Positions 9,834 through 19,887 of a DNA stretch of 64,000 nt are shown here, in pieces. The stretch spans positions 9,218 to 73,217 of the forward strand of contig BTWA01000031.1 in assembly GCA_045863295.1 (NCBI GenBank). The letters are read 5' to 3'. Under the pieces are notes generated by a model. It had not been told where the DNA came from. It saw only the letters and a program-made list of their open reading frames with translations, and did not search any database. The DNA comes from Candidatus Hydrogenedentota bacterium (GTDB lineage: Bacteria; Hydrogenedentota; Hydrogenedentia; Hydrogenedentales; SLHB01). How positions within the stretch are numbered: position 1 is the stretch's first letter; every line of letters starts with the position of its first letter. Both the position numbers and the translations under genes were made by a program.

Positions 9834-12392
9834 TTAAGGGGTGGGATCCGGCGCGGCAGGCGTTTCGGGTTCGACCGGTTGAGGGAAGACCGTGCCGTCC
9901 GGCGAAACGACTTCCTGGTTCTCGGGCAATACGGGCACGAACGGACGGCTGGCTTCGAAGTCCGCGCGTAAGCCCGCTTCCATGGCCGCCTCCGACACGT
10001 CCGTCACGAACCGTGCCGGCGCATTGGGATGCGCGCGCACAATGACGGTGGGTTTGACTTTACCGGCCGCTGCCTCGAAGAAACGCTTGCGCAGAGCCTC
10101 CAACGTGACAAGGTGGCCTTCGGAATACAGCGTTCCCGCCTCGCCGATGGATACGCTGATTTCATTCGCGTTGCCCGTAATCTTCTGTTCCATGCGCTGC
10201 CAGACGTTCTTCTGCGAACGGCGAAGTTCGTCCGCCGCGTCTGCATCTACCTGGGCGATGGTAGTAGCCTCGGGCTGCGTGAATTCATCCACAATAGTGG
10301 GCGTGATGAAGATAATCAGTTCCCGTTCCTGATTGTCCCGCGAGGTCGTCTTGAACAAGCGGCCCACCAGGGGTATATCGCCAAGCACCGGCACGCGATC
10401 GACGTCATTGCCAATGCTCGTGGCGCGCAGACCGCCAATTACAATGGTCTGGCCGTCGCGCACAAGAATCTGTGTTTCGGCCTTGCTCTGCGTCTTCTCC
10501 GGTACCGTGCTTTCCAGTCCGCCCGCAAGTATGATCTTGTCTTCGGCAGTGCTGTCTTCGGCTTCGATATCCATTAGCACATTTTCTTCCCCATTAATTC
10601 GGGGCAATACTTTCAAAATGGTGCCAACCGGAATGAATTGAATCTGGCCGGGCACCACGCGTCCGGATGCCACATCACTGTTGTCGTCAACAACCACGCC
10701 TTGTGTCGTGTACCCCACGGATTGAAACGCACGATCAGTGGTGTTTTCGAAGATGGCTTCCTGCCCGTCCTGAACCGTCACGCGCGGGCGGGCCAGTACA
10801 GACAACGCACCCTGCCGGTCCAGGTAATTCAGCACCACCGCCACGCGATTGCCCTTGAAATCGGGATCGAGGATGTATTCGGGATCGTCCGGTATCGGTG
10901 CCGCTTCATTGTTGTTGGCGTCATCCAGGAATTGATACAAACGTCCCCAGCCGTCGCGGTAAAACTCCCGGTAAGGCAATCGGCCCACGCTAAAGCGTTG
11001 CCCCTGCTCAGGCGACGCAGTATAGTCGGGCGTATTCTGGCCGCTCTGAATGGCAAACGGGACTCCGGCAATCTCATCGAAATACGACCAATCGATCCCG
11101 AACTCGCGCGTAACGTTCTTTTGCGCCGCCACAAGATAGGCCTCAATCTGCACTTGGCGGCCCTTTACATCCCACGACTGAATCATCTGATCGATCTGCG
11201 CAATGCGCTCCGGTATGGCCGTTACCGTCACTTGATGAGTCAATTCATTGATGGTGACCGTGCCCATTTCTTCCGGAACCATGCCCTCCAACCGTTCCAG
11301 AACGATTTCCGCGTCCGCGTAGTTCAGAGTCCACGTGCGCGTCTCAAGGGCAACATCCAGCGCTTCCACGACCTCGGCGATCTGTTCCTGGCGCGAAGGC
11401 AAGTCCGTGATTACAAGCGCGTTCACGCGAGGATCCACGTGCGCTACGCCTCGCTCAGACAGCAGGGCCGTCACCGTCTCCAGCAGCTTGCTTGCCTCCA
11501 GATGGTTCAGATTGAACACGCGCGGCGCAAGTGGCACATCCAGTGCGGTTACCGTTTGTTCCATGATTCGGATATTGTCGGCGGTATCCCAGACAAAAAT
11601 CTTTCCCGTACGCGGATCCGGCACGATGCGTCCCGTGGAGGAAAGCATCGTCGTTAGAATCGACTGAATGTCCAGCACGTCCGCGTGGCGGATATCGAAC
11701 TCGGATTTGACGGTTTCGCCGTATTCGCTGTCCAGGTATTCGGTATCCGTCATTACATACAGAAACCGGTTTGCCTCATCGAAATCGTAATACACCCCGT
11801 TAAAGCGCAACACTTCCAGCAATTCCTTTGCGTGCGCGCCCTTCAACCAGAAGCGGACCTTTTTCTCTTCGACACCCGGCGAAGCGACAATGTTCCAACC
11901 GGTGGCCTGGGCGATGGCGTCGAGTACTTCGACCACGGGTTTGGGCTCCAGCGCCGCATCCAGATCGACCACGTCTCCTTCATCCGGCACCTCGTTGGTC
12001 GGAACCGGCCGGTTCAAGATGAGATCCAACGGTCCTACAGTGACCCCAGGCGCCGTTCGGCGCGAACCCGTGACCACGTGGACGCCAGCCGGTGGAGTGG
12101 GTGTAGCGCCCGGCCCACTTGGGACCGTGGTCGAGGATCCGGTCGATGGAGAAGTTTGCCCACCCGCTGCGTACGGCGTCGGCGCGACCGTGCCCTGGCT
12201 TACCACTTCTAAGACGTTGCTCTGCAATTGCGGTTCAGGATTGGGCTGAACCGGAGTCTGTTGCGCTCCTGCGTAGGGTAAGGTAAATAGCGCCCCAACA
12301 ACGAAAAGCGTTCGGTTGAGTGCGAGCTTGCTCAGGGATGTACAACGGATTCGGGTCACGGCCGGCCTATTTCCTTCTTCTAAACTGGTCAT
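9834..12392 (-). CDS. gspD: T2SS secretin with C-terminal ExbD/TolR-like domain
   Basis: Signal peptide, Pro/Thr linker, repeated N-domains (DPRTGKIFV, DPRVNALVI), QVQIEAYLV, DGQTIVIGGL, VPVLGDIPLVGRLFK, ELIIFITPTIV. Confidence 0.93.
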   Translation of the reverse strand: MTSLEEGNRPAVTRIRCTSLSKLALNRTLFVVGALFTLPYAGAQQTPVQPNPEPQLQSNVLEVVSQGTVAPTPYAAGGQTSPSTGSSTTVPSGPGATPTPPAGVHVVTGSRRTAPGVTVGPLDLILNRPVPTNEVPDEGDVVDLDAALEPKPVVEVLDAIAQATGWNIVASPGVEEKKVRFWLKGAHAKELLEVLRFNGVYYDFDEANRFLYVMTDTEYLDSEYGETVKSEFDIRHADVLDIQSILTTMLSSTGRIVPDPRTGKIFVWDTADNIRIMEQTVTALDVPLAPRVFNLNHLEASKLLETVTALLSERGVAHVDPRVNALVITDLPSRQEQIAEVVEALDVALETRTWTLNYADAEIVLERLEGMVPEEMGTVTINELTHQVTVTAIPERIAQIDQMIQSWDVKGRQVQIEAYLVAAQKNVTREFGIDWSYFDEIAGVPFAIQSGQNTPDYTASPEQGQRFSVGRLPYREFYRDGWGRLYQFLDDANNNEAAPIPDDPEYILDPDFKGNRVAVVLNYLDRQGALSVLARPRVTVQDGQEAIFENTTDRAFQSVGYTTQGVVVDDNSDVASGRVVPGQIQFIPVGTILKVLPRINGEENVLMDIEAEDSTAEDKIILAGGLESTVPEKTQSKAETQILVRDGQTIVIGGLRATSIGNDVDRVPVLGDIPLVGRLFKTTSRDNQERELIIFITPTIVDEFTQPEATTIAQVDADAADELRRSQKNVWQRMEQKITGNANEISVSIGEAGTLYSEGHLVTLEALRKRFFEAAAGKVKPTVIVRAHPNAPARFVTDVSEAAMEAGLRADFEASRPFVPVLPENQEVVSPDGTVFPQPVEPETPAAPDPTP

Positions 12393-12439
12393 TCACGGTA
12401 CAGTATTTACTGCGTTCTACAATTTTGTCAAGAGTTTTC

Positions 12440-12928
12440 TTAGCGCTGCCGGGGTAATTGGATCGTGTACTCCACCCCCAAGTGTTGCTGCGAAAAAATG
12501 ACCCCGTCCCCAAGTATCTCCTTGATGACACAACCGCGAACCGACTCGCCCACCCGCAGATATTCGCCACGGGGATTGTCAGGCTGTACGATCAATACCC
12601 GCAAGTCCGACCCACTTCCCATCTGCGCACGCTTGGCAATCACGTCTTTCAAGATGGCCGCAAGATCGGGCGGCGGAGCCACCGTCTGTGGAGGCGGAAT
12701 CAATGAATCCCATAAACCGGGTTTGGCATTGAGCGCCGTCCGCATGGCGGCGAAATCGACATTTCGTTCGTCGCCTTCGTCCATAGCCGGAGGCGTCACC
12801 TGATCGAGCGTCGAAAGATACACGTTGCGTTGCGCGCGAACAGGATTCCACAGGGCCACATACGCGCCCAGTACGGCGATAAGAGCCAATGTGCCAAATC
12901 CAATTCGTCCCAACAGAGCGGATCTCAT
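12440..12928 (-). CDS. T2SS assembly-platform protein, GspC/PilP-like
   Basis: N-terminal TM, Pro-rich linker, C-terminal beta domain (YLRVGESVRGCVIKEI). Lies between the gspM-like gene and gspD. Confidence 0.6.
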   Translation of the reverse strand: MRSALLGRIGFGTLALIAVLGAYVALWNPVRAQRNVYLSTLDQVTPPAMDEGDERNVDFAAMRTALNAKPGLWDSLIPPPQTVAPPPDLAAILKDVIAKRAQMGSGSDLRVLIVQPDNPRGEYLRVGESVRGCVIKEILGDGVIFSQQHLGVEYTIQLPRQR

Positions 12929-13989
12929 GGTTTCCCCTCGGCCAGCACATTCACCCGATCCAGGGTAACGGCCGTTCCTGCTTGTTCAATAACGATCACG
13001 GGAACCGCAAGGCTGACACCGTTTCCGGCAGGCACGTTAAAGCGCAATCGGTATCGGTAGAGTTTTCCATCGTTCTTCATGGGCATGCCGCCCTCAAACG
13101 CCTTCAGCGTGAACGCGTCCTGCAGTTCAAGGCGCGCCGTCCCGGTGACAGCCGCATCAACGTCGATCGTCAGCGACACATCGGGGGGTGCCTCCACAAT
13201 TTGATAGATGGCGGCGCCTGCGCTCAGCGCCTTGAAATGCGCGGCCTGCGATCCTTCGGAGTAGGTGGACTTGTCCCGTGTCGCTTCGCAGGCTGGCGCG
13301 TTCCACGAGGGAAACTGCGCGGCCACATCATCCCAGGATTCAAACCCTCCGTTGACGGCGAGGTTCTCAACTTCGTTTACCTCGGGAGCAGTAGTCGCGT
13401 CTGATTTACTGTCGATGATGGTACGCGTCACCGTGATCTGGGCGGTTACCAGTTTTTCCAGCGGCTGGCGGGTCAATACGAGGTTGTCGATACGAAATGC
13501 CTGCGAACTTTGCATCAGCCGTTGCAGGAACTCGACGAGGTTGCGCAAATCGGTCGGCTCGGTGCGGAACGAGACTTGATACGCGCGATACCCAAGGCCG
13601 GACGTGTCCATTATGCCTCGAGGCATTTGCCGGATTTCGACCAACTGCGATCCCGGCGCCGGCTGCGTTTCCGAGGCAGTGGGAGAGAGGTCGCGCATGG
13701 CAAGGCGGGCGATTTCCCGGCGCAACCGATCGTGTATCTCTTCTTCGGTCCAAACGCTGGAGTGCTGCTCGGCCATCGCGTTGTATTGACGATCGACCAC
13801 CTCGGACAGGAGCGCCTGTTCCGAGTAGAACAAGAGATCCTGCTGTTTCTGCAGAATGGTTTCGTCCAACTCGCCGATCACAGACAGGCATCGCAACACA
13901 ATCAATGCACCGGCCGCGGACACCAGGACGCCCGCCGTCACCATGGCGAGCCGCTGCTCGCGATCGGAAAGCTTATTCCACCACGTCAT
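12925..13989 (-). CDS. GspM/PilO-like protein with C-terminal carbohydrate-binding-module-like domain
   Basis: WNKLSDREQRL followed by TM and coiled coil; ferredoxin-like segment LRNLVEFLQRL...FRIDNLVL; then ENLAVNGGFESW. Confidence 0.7.
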   Translation of the reverse strand: MTWWNKLSDREQRLAMVTAGVLVSAAGALIVLRCLSVIGELDETILQKQQDLLFYSEQALLSEVVDRQYNAMAEQHSSVWTEEEIHDRLRREIARLAMRDLSPTASETQPAPGSQLVEIRQMPRGIMDTSGLGYRAYQVSFRTEPTDLRNLVEFLQRLMQSSQAFRIDNLVLTRQPLEKLVTAQITVTRTIIDSKSDATTAPEVNEVENLAVNGGFESWDDVAAQFPSWNAPACEATRDKSTYSEGSQAAHFKALSAGAAIYQIVEAPPDVSLTIDVDAAVTGTARLELQDAFTLKAFEGGMPMKNDGKLYRYRLRFNVPAGNGVSLAVPVIVIEQAGTAVTLDRVNVLAEGKP

Positions 13990-15466
13990 CGGAGCCTTCC
14001 TCGCCCTCTTCTTGAGCAGACGCATCGTCCTTGGGAAACGGCATCACGATTTCGTAATCGAACACCTGCTGGCCGTACTCCTGATCGGCGCGCCACGGGC
14101 CGGTGCTGGCCTGGCTCAAACGCGGCATGGATTCCAAACCGATGCGGCGTAATTCCGCCGCAAGATTGTCGGCACTGCCGGTGTAACCGGTGCGTCCCCG
14201 GAGCCGGGCTTCCTCGCCGTGCGTGTACGAGAACTCCGTGATATTCATGCCGCCTGGCATTTGATCGGAAATGACCGACAGAATTTCGAGCGCGGACCCT
14301 TTGCGATCCAGGTGTTGTTTCAACCGCATCAGCTGTTTGCGCTTGGAAGTTACGTCGTCGGCAATAGGCTGCACAGCGTCGATTCGGCTCTGCAACTCCG
14401 CAATGTACGCACTGCGCTGGTAGACCGCATATCCGTAAACGCACCCCAGCGCGAGCACGTTTGCCAAAACGGTCAACGCCGCTCTTGTCACGATGCGCCG
14501 GGCGGCCAACTGCCGGCGTACGCGAAGCAGCGACGCAGGCACAAGGCTGATGCGGATAGGGGATCGATCCTGTGCCGCCACGGCCGCCCCCAGGGATACC
14601 ATGGGCAGCAGTCCGCCTACGGCATCCGTATGGGACATCAACGTTTGCGCAAAGCGCGCGGGGGCCACCTCCAAACCCGTAATGCCAGCCAGGGCATCCG
14701 CGATCCCACCGACTTGCACACAGTCCGAACTGACATAGACGGTATCTACGCCCTGACCGTCTTCCGATTCGCGTCGGTATGCGGCCAGTGACGTACGCAG
14801 TTCCACCGCCAGCTCTTCGATCGCTTCGGCATTGTCCTGCGTGTGTTCCGGCCACGACTGGGCGACTGCAATACCGCGGCTGTATTCGACACGGCCGCCA
14901 TTTAGAATCAAAATCTCAAGGCCGCCTGGCGCCAAATGCACAATGGCAAACCGCTCGTCGTTGCCTTTGCGGCCCTCAATGGCCGCCGCGGCAAGACACG
15001 CGGTGCTGACCAGGATGTGTTCCGCTTCGATGCCGGCTTGGCGCAACCAATCGACTTGTTCTTCCACCGTGTCGCGATGCGCAAACACGGCGAGGACCCG
15101 CGAATGCCCATCGGCCAGGCGCTGCAAAATGGCCTGATCCACGACGATTTCGTTTGCCGGGTAGGGCACGTATTCGCCGGCGCTCAGCGTGACCATGCCC
15201 TTGATTTCATCCGGATCCTGGGAAGGCAGCACGAGCATACGAGAAGTTAGTGTATGGCGCGGAAGCACGAGACACACGTCGTCCTCCGCAATGCGGTGGG
15301 TCTTCGCAAACGCCTTGAATCCGGCCGCTGGACTTGTATCGTCGCCCAGATTTGCGACGGTAAAAGTGGCGGGATCGATACTGCGGGGCGTGCGCTTCAC
15401 CCGAAGATGAACCACGCGTCCCGCATCGATCTGCACTATGCTGATTGTATTGGACTTGCGCGCCAC
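13973..15466 (-). CDS. gspL: GspL-like protein (actin-like PilM domain, TM, PilN-like domain)
   Basis: Cytoplasmic actin-like region, ISLVP motif, TM, coiled coil and periplasmic domain. Operon position. Confidence 0.75.
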   Translation of the reverse strand: MARKSNTISIVQIDAGRVVHLRVKRTPRSIDPATFTVANLGDDTSPAAGFKAFAKTHRIAEDDVCLVLPRHTLTSRMLVLPSQDPDEIKGMVTLSAGEYVPYPANEIVVDQAILQRLADGHSRVLAVFAHRDTVEEQVDWLRQAGIEAEHILVSTACLAAAAIEGRKGNDERFAIVHLAPGGLEILILNGGRVEYSRGIAVAQSWPEHTQDNAEAIEELAVELRTSLAAYRRESEDGQGVDTVYVSSDCVQVGGIADALAGITGLEVAPARFAQTLMSHTDAVGGLLPMVSLGAAVAAQDRSPIRISLVPASLLRVRRQLAARRIVTRAALTVLANVLALGCVYGYAVYQRSAYIAELQSRIDAVQPIADDVTSKRKQLMRLKQHLDRKGSALEILSVISDQMPGGMNITEFSYTHGEEARLRGRTGYTGSADNLAAELRRIGLESMPRLSQASTGPWRADQEYGQQVFDYEIVMPFPKDDASAQEEGEEGSDDVVE

Positions 15467-15474
15467 GACTAATC

Positions 15475-16440
15475 CTAAAACCCGCCCGGAATATCGTCCG
15501 TGCCTTCAACGCCTTCAGACCACTTGTGGATGACGGCCCCCTCGCCGGTAATTTCAACGACCGCCTTTACTTGCGCGCGTATTTTCCCTTGCCGCAAGGT
15601 GGCAAAGCCTGTCACTGTAAAGAAGCGCGATTCCAGTTTGCAATACCGGCTCAGCGGTGCCAGCCGTTCAGGACTCACCCGGGTCAGGCCCGAAATGACA
15701 TCAAAAGAACGAAACCGTCGATCGTCGGCGGTATTCAAATCGCCATCGGGTCCCGATCGGTAGGCGAGAATGGCGCTTACGATGTCCGAATCCAGATCGG
15801 GAACGGCTTCCAGCACCTCCTCTGAGGCCGTATTCACGTTGATGAGGCCGTCTCCGTACACAGTGAACCGTTCCCGCAGACCCGGAGAATCTTCCGATCC
15901 AAACCACGCGCGATCGGTCACGCCATCGAGATCGCGCACCTCTTCCACGGCGAGAAAAGGCTGGGTCGTATCGTCATCGTCGGAGAGTGGACCGCTACGC
16001 CGCCGCATGATGTCATTCACCGTGGTAAAACTGAGTTCTTCCAGTTCATCCAGTACGTCCTCCGGAGAATCATTCAGCGAGATGCGGCTTTCCTCATCGG
16101 TAATAACAGCCCTTGCCACGTCGCCGAGATACGATCCGGGATCACCCGGGCGGTACACCTTCAATGCGTTGATTAGGTCCGGATGCACCACCGAGACGGG
16201 AGGGGGCGTTTCCATATTGAGCGCATCGTATACTCCTTGCAACGCGGCTTGGTTACGCAACAAGGCAACCCCGTAGTTGCAGGCGCCTGCCGCCATATTG
16301 AGGCAACGTACGTGATCGCCGGCCGTGGCCGCGGCGCGATGATCCAGCAACGCGCGATGACCAAACCCCAGGGTCAACACCGTAAGTACAGCGAGTATCC
16401 AGATGACCGAGACCAACGCGAAACCTCGTTGCGCGTTCAC
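15475..16440 (-). CDS. gspK: Minor pseudopilin GspK
   Basis: G|FALVSVIW (no E5), DEESRISLN, INVNTASEEVL. GTG start overlaps the gspJ stop. Confidence 0.9.
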   Translation of the reverse strand: MNAQRGFALVSVIWILAVLTVLTLGFGHRALLDHRAAATAGDHVRCLNMAAGACNYGVALLRNQAALQGVYDALNMETPPPVSVVHPDLINALKVYRPGDPGSYLGDVARAVITDEESRISLNDSPEDVLDELEELSFTTVNDIMRRRSGPLSDDDDTTQPFLAVEEVRDLDGVTDRAWFGSEDSPGLRERFTVYGDGLINVNTASEEVLEAVPDLDSDIVSAILAYRSGPDGDLNTADDRRFRSFDVISGLTRVSPERLAPLSRYCKLESRFFTVTGFATLRQGKIRAQVKAVVEITGEGAVIHKWSEGVEGTDDIPGGF

Positions 16441-17195
16441 GGTTTCAGTACCTCCGTCTTGCCCAGCATTGGCTCTTCCAAGCGGGTGGAAGGCCCGTTG
16501 ACGTTGACAAACGCGGTAAACGTCGTGTCCCCGTCGTCGGCGTTCGGGTCGTACAGCGTGAGCCGCAAGCGAATACCCTGAGGCATGCCGTCGCCTTCCC
16601 CGAGGTGATCCTGCACAATGAACGCAACAGGAACCGGAGGCTGACCCGCCTGAGTGGCATCGGCCTCTTGTTCGAGGTCCGCCGGGGGTTGCCACAAGTA
16701 TTCGATACTGAAATCACGCACGCCGTTCGCAAGGTCAAAACTTCGCCGAAGCCCCAGGCGCACACGCGTCCGATCGATCTTGCCACCTTCCGGCGGGCGC
16801 GAAGGCAACGGATCTTCCACCACGCGTTCTTCGCGTACCAGCGTTCGTCCTTTCTGGGTTGCATCGTTTCGCAGCCGGTAGCGGATCCACAGCACCTGCG
16901 CGTCGGAACCTTCGGCGGGATGCATTGGCGGGGTCACCGCGTAAAAAACGAACTCCGAGTCTTCTCCCTCAAACAAATGGGCCGCGCCGGGCACGAAGTT
17001 CTGAAGTTCCCGCGTCATGATGGCCATGGAAGTGCGCGCGTCCTGGTACGTTTGCAGGTTGGCCTCCCCAAGGCGCCAAAGGCGAATACCCGAACTGAAC
17101 GCCATATACGCGGCCGTCATCACCAGTGTCAGAATCGACACGGCAACAAGCAGCTCGGCCAGCGTGAAGCCGCTATGGCGTGGGAGTCGCTGCAT
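16437..17195 (-). CDS. gspJ: Minor pseudopilin GspJ-like
   Basis: G|FTLAELLVAVSI prepilin motif; C-terminal PQGIRLRLTL. Confidence 0.85.
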   Translation of the reverse strand: MQRLPRHSGFTLAELLVAVSILTLVMTAAYMAFSSGIRLWRLGEANLQTYQDARTSMAIMTRELQNFVPGAAHLFEGEDSEFVFYAVTPPMHPAEGSDAQVLWIRYRLRNDATQKGRTLVREERVVEDPLPSRPPEGGKIDRTRVRLGLRRSFDLANGVRDFSIEYLWQPPADLEQEADATQAGQPPVPVAFIVQDHLGEGDGMPQGIRLRLTLYDPNADDGDTTFTAFVNVNGPSTRLEEPMLGKTEVLKP

Positions 17196-17658
17196 TCGTT
17201 CCAGTCTCTCTCGTCCAGATTCGTTCAGGTTGCACCAAGGTTTCCGCGGTGAGTTCATACGGCCGGCCTTGGCGTGTCCAAGTCACCGTCACGCGCAATC
17301 GGCCCAGGAAGCGCACGGGCAAATTGATTTGACCCAAGTGGGGCGGAAGCGTTTGCATGATCGGTGGCGGGTCGAAGGGCACGCGATCAACCGACCACGT
17401 ATAGTGGAATCGGCCGTCGGAATCGGAACACACCCCTTTTCCGGAGGTATCCACGGCGATTTTGGGCTCCAGACGCAGACGGCCCATCACATCCTGCAAA
17501 TGAAAGGAGGCTTCGGTGTAGTCCCGGGCGAGTGCGCGGGACACCAGCGCCTGGCCCAGTGCGCGGTTCACCGCGATGATGCCAATGCTCAACACGGCCA
17601 GCGCCACAAGCGTCTCAAGCAGTATCCAGCCGCCACGCCTGTCGCGTCGCGTGTTCAT
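17173..17658 (-). CDS. gspI: Minor pseudopilin GspI-like
   Basis: G|WILLETLVALAV; LRVTVTW. Operon order G-H-I-J-K. Confidence 0.82.
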   Translation of the reverse strand: MNTRRDRRGGWILLETLVALAVLSIGIIAVNRALGQALVSRALARDYTEASFHLQDVMGRLRLEPKIAVDTSGKGVCSDSDGRFHYTWSVDRVPFDPPPIMQTLPPHLGQINLPVRFLGRLRVTVTWTRQGRPYELTAETLVQPERIWTRETGTNAATPTP

Positions 17659-18236
17659 GTGCCTTCCTTGACGGTCAAGCGGCCTAGCCGGCCTTTGGTC
17701 GCGATGGTCAGTATTTTGCGCGGAGCAGTTTCTATCTCGACGGTCGCGTAATCACACGATCCGCTGGGGTAAAATGCGATGTAGTAAGCATCTCGATCAC
17801 CGTCCTTGGCGGCCTGCGGTTTTTTCATCTTGAGCGGTTCCGGCAGCGTGCGTCGCTCGCCACCCACTTCTTCCAGGCGTCCAAACGCTTTCTCGTCTTC
17901 GCCGGAGGCGATGCGGCGCATAGCCCAATACGAATTCGTTTCGTCGTCGATGTAAAAGCGATACTCGCGTGAATCGGCGACCGCGCGTTCCTGACAGTAC
18001 TTCATCAACGCCACCACGTCCCGCTGATAGCGATCCTTTCGAATCCAGGTAATCGAACCCTGAAAGAGCGGTACGACTCCCGCGGTGAGGATGGAGATAA
18101 TGGTCAAAACGACCAGCAGTTCCATCAAGGTGTAACCGCGAATCGCCTTCCATCCAAGTTCCCGCTTGGAAAAGCGTTTGCGATACGCATTGCTCGGATC
18201 GTCCGCCGTCGGCGCCTGGGTGCATTGCGTGCACAT
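17655..18236 (-). CDS. gspH: Minor pseudopilin GspH-like
   Basis: G|YTLMELLVVLTII; IAFYPSGS. Start uncertain. Confidence 0.82.
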   Translation of the reverse strand: MCTQCTQAPTADDPSNAYRKRFSKRELGWKAIRGYTLMELLVVLTIISILTAGVVPLFQGSITWIRKDRYQRDVVALMKYCQERAVADSREYRFYIDDETNSYWAMRRIASGEDEKAFGRLEEVGGERRTLPEPLKMKKPQAAKDGDRDAYYIAFYPSGSCDYATVEIETAPRKILTIATKGRLGRLTVKEGT

Positions 18237-18244
18237 GGCCCGAG

Positions 18245-18622
18245 TCAGTTTTCCGACCACACGGAAATGTCGTCGGGCGTGCCGGCCTGCCCGTCCATAC
18301 CCGCGGTAAACAAATCGTACGGGCGGTTCTTGCCCGGAGTTTTGTAGCCATAGGGCCGGCCCCACGGATCATTTTTGATCTGAACAACATACTGCTTCTT
18401 GCCGTTGACAAGGTCATTCAGTGCCTTCGGATACTGATCGTTGTTCTCTAGCGCATAGGCCTCGATCATGCGCTGATACGTGGACAAGTCCGATTTCGCG
18501 CGCGTCTCGCGCGCTTCCCGGCCGCGGCCCGCCACGCCAACGGCGACCGCGCCGGCCAAAATGCCGATGATGACCATCACCAGCAACAACTCAAGTAAGG
18601 TAAACCCGCTGTTCGATTTCAT
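18245..18622 (-). CDS. gspG: Major pseudopilin GspG
   Basis: G|FTLLELLLVMVIIGIL, DPWGRPYGY, TAGMDGQAGTPDDI. GGAGG ribosome-binding site. Confidence 0.92.
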   Translation of the reverse strand: MKSNSGFTLLELLLVMVIIGILAGAVAVGVAGRGREARETRAKSDLSTYQRMIEAYALENNDQYPKALNDLVNGKKQYVVQIKNDPWGRPYGYKTPGKNRPYDLFTAGMDGQAGTPDDISVWSEN

Positions 18623-18672
18623 GGTATCCTCCGGAATCACCCGCACGGAACGCGTCCGGGCAAGTCAGTTGC

Positions 18673-19887
18673 TCAAATCTGCATTGAACTCATCGTCAAC
18701 ATGGGCAACAACATCGCGATGACCAAAAACCCCACAATAACGCCCATGACCACGATCAATATCGGCTCCATCATCGAGGTCATGGCCTTCACGGCCCGGT
18801 CCACTTCGATGTCGTACGCGTCCGCCATGCGCTTGGTCACCGCGCCCAGACGACCACTTTCTTCGCCCACCGCAAAGGTGTTCACGACAATTGGCGGAAA
18901 ATAGCGGCATAGTTTTAGCCCCGCGCTGATACTATCGCCTTCCGCCACGCGCGCCTCCACTTTCGCAATTTCCGCCGCTACGGCTTTGTTGGTCAGCGTC
19001 TCCACCGTGATGCGCAACGACTGCAAGATCGGCACACCATTGTCCAGCAACGTGCCCAATGTGCGCGCAAACTGAGCGATCACATACTTGTGCGCCACAT
19101 TCCCGACAACGGGGACACGCAGGATCTGCCGGTCGATTTGCAGACGTCCAGCCTCGCTCCGCCAATAGGAAACGAAGGCCGACACGGCGAAGCCGATTGC
19201 GATAAGTACCGCCCACCAATAGCTGCCCATGAATCCGCATAGCAACATGACCATGCGGGTTGGCAGCGGCAAGGTTTGCTGAAAGTCCTGGAATACCGTG
19301 ATGAACTTGGGAAACACGAACGAAAGTAAAATGAAAATGGCAATCGATCCCATCAGCAACAGAAACGCCGGATAAATGGACGCGGTAGTGGCCTTGCCCC
19401 TCAGTTCTTCGTCCTGCTCGCCAAACGCAACGATGCGCCACATGACCTCGTCCAACATGCCTCCGGATTCGCCCGCGTTTATCAGGCTCACGACCATCGG
19501 TGAAAACACCTTCGGATGCCGTTCGAGCGCTTCGGCAAACGTGCTTCCCTTCTGCACGTCGTCACGAATCTGTGCAATAATCGTTTTCAGTTTGACATGG
19601 TCCGACTGCTCTTCCAGCGTGGACAGCGCGCGCGTCAATGGCATGCCCGATTCAAAAAGATTCGCCAATTGCCGAAAGAACACATTGCGGTCTTTGAGCC
19701 GGATCCGAGTCAGCTTGTTTCGCAAAACGTCTTTCTTGACCTTGCCTTCAAACTCTTCGACCGAGATGGGAAAATAGCCCAAGTCCCGCAAGCGCGCCAC
19801 TGCCGACTGCTGACTGTCGGCCTCGAGAACACCGGTGGAGGGTGCTTCCGTGGGCGATCGCTTTACCTCATACTTGAACTGGGGCAT
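18673..19887 (-). CDS. gspF: T2SS inner-membrane platform protein GspF
   Basis: FFRQLANLFESGMPL, AGESGGML, VGEESGRL, MEPILIVVMG. Confidence 0.95.
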   Translation of the reverse strand: MPQFKYEVKRSPTEAPSTGVLEADSQQSAVARLRDLGYFPISVEEFEGKVKKDVLRNKLTRIRLKDRNVFFRQLANLFESGMPLTRALSTLEEQSDHVKLKTIIAQIRDDVQKGSTFAEALERHPKVFSPMVVSLINAGESGGMLDEVMWRIVAFGEQDEELRGKATTASIYPAFLLLMGSIAIFILLSFVFPKFITVFQDFQQTLPLPTRMVMLLCGFMGSYWWAVLIAIGFAVSAFVSYWRSEAGRLQIDRQILRVPVVGNVAHKYVIAQFARTLGTLLDNGVPILQSLRITVETLTNKAVAAEIAKVEARVAEGDSISAGLKLCRYFPPIVVNTFAVGEESGRLGAVTKRMADAYDIEVDRAVKAMTSMMEPILIVVMGVIVGFLVIAMLLPMLTMSSMQI

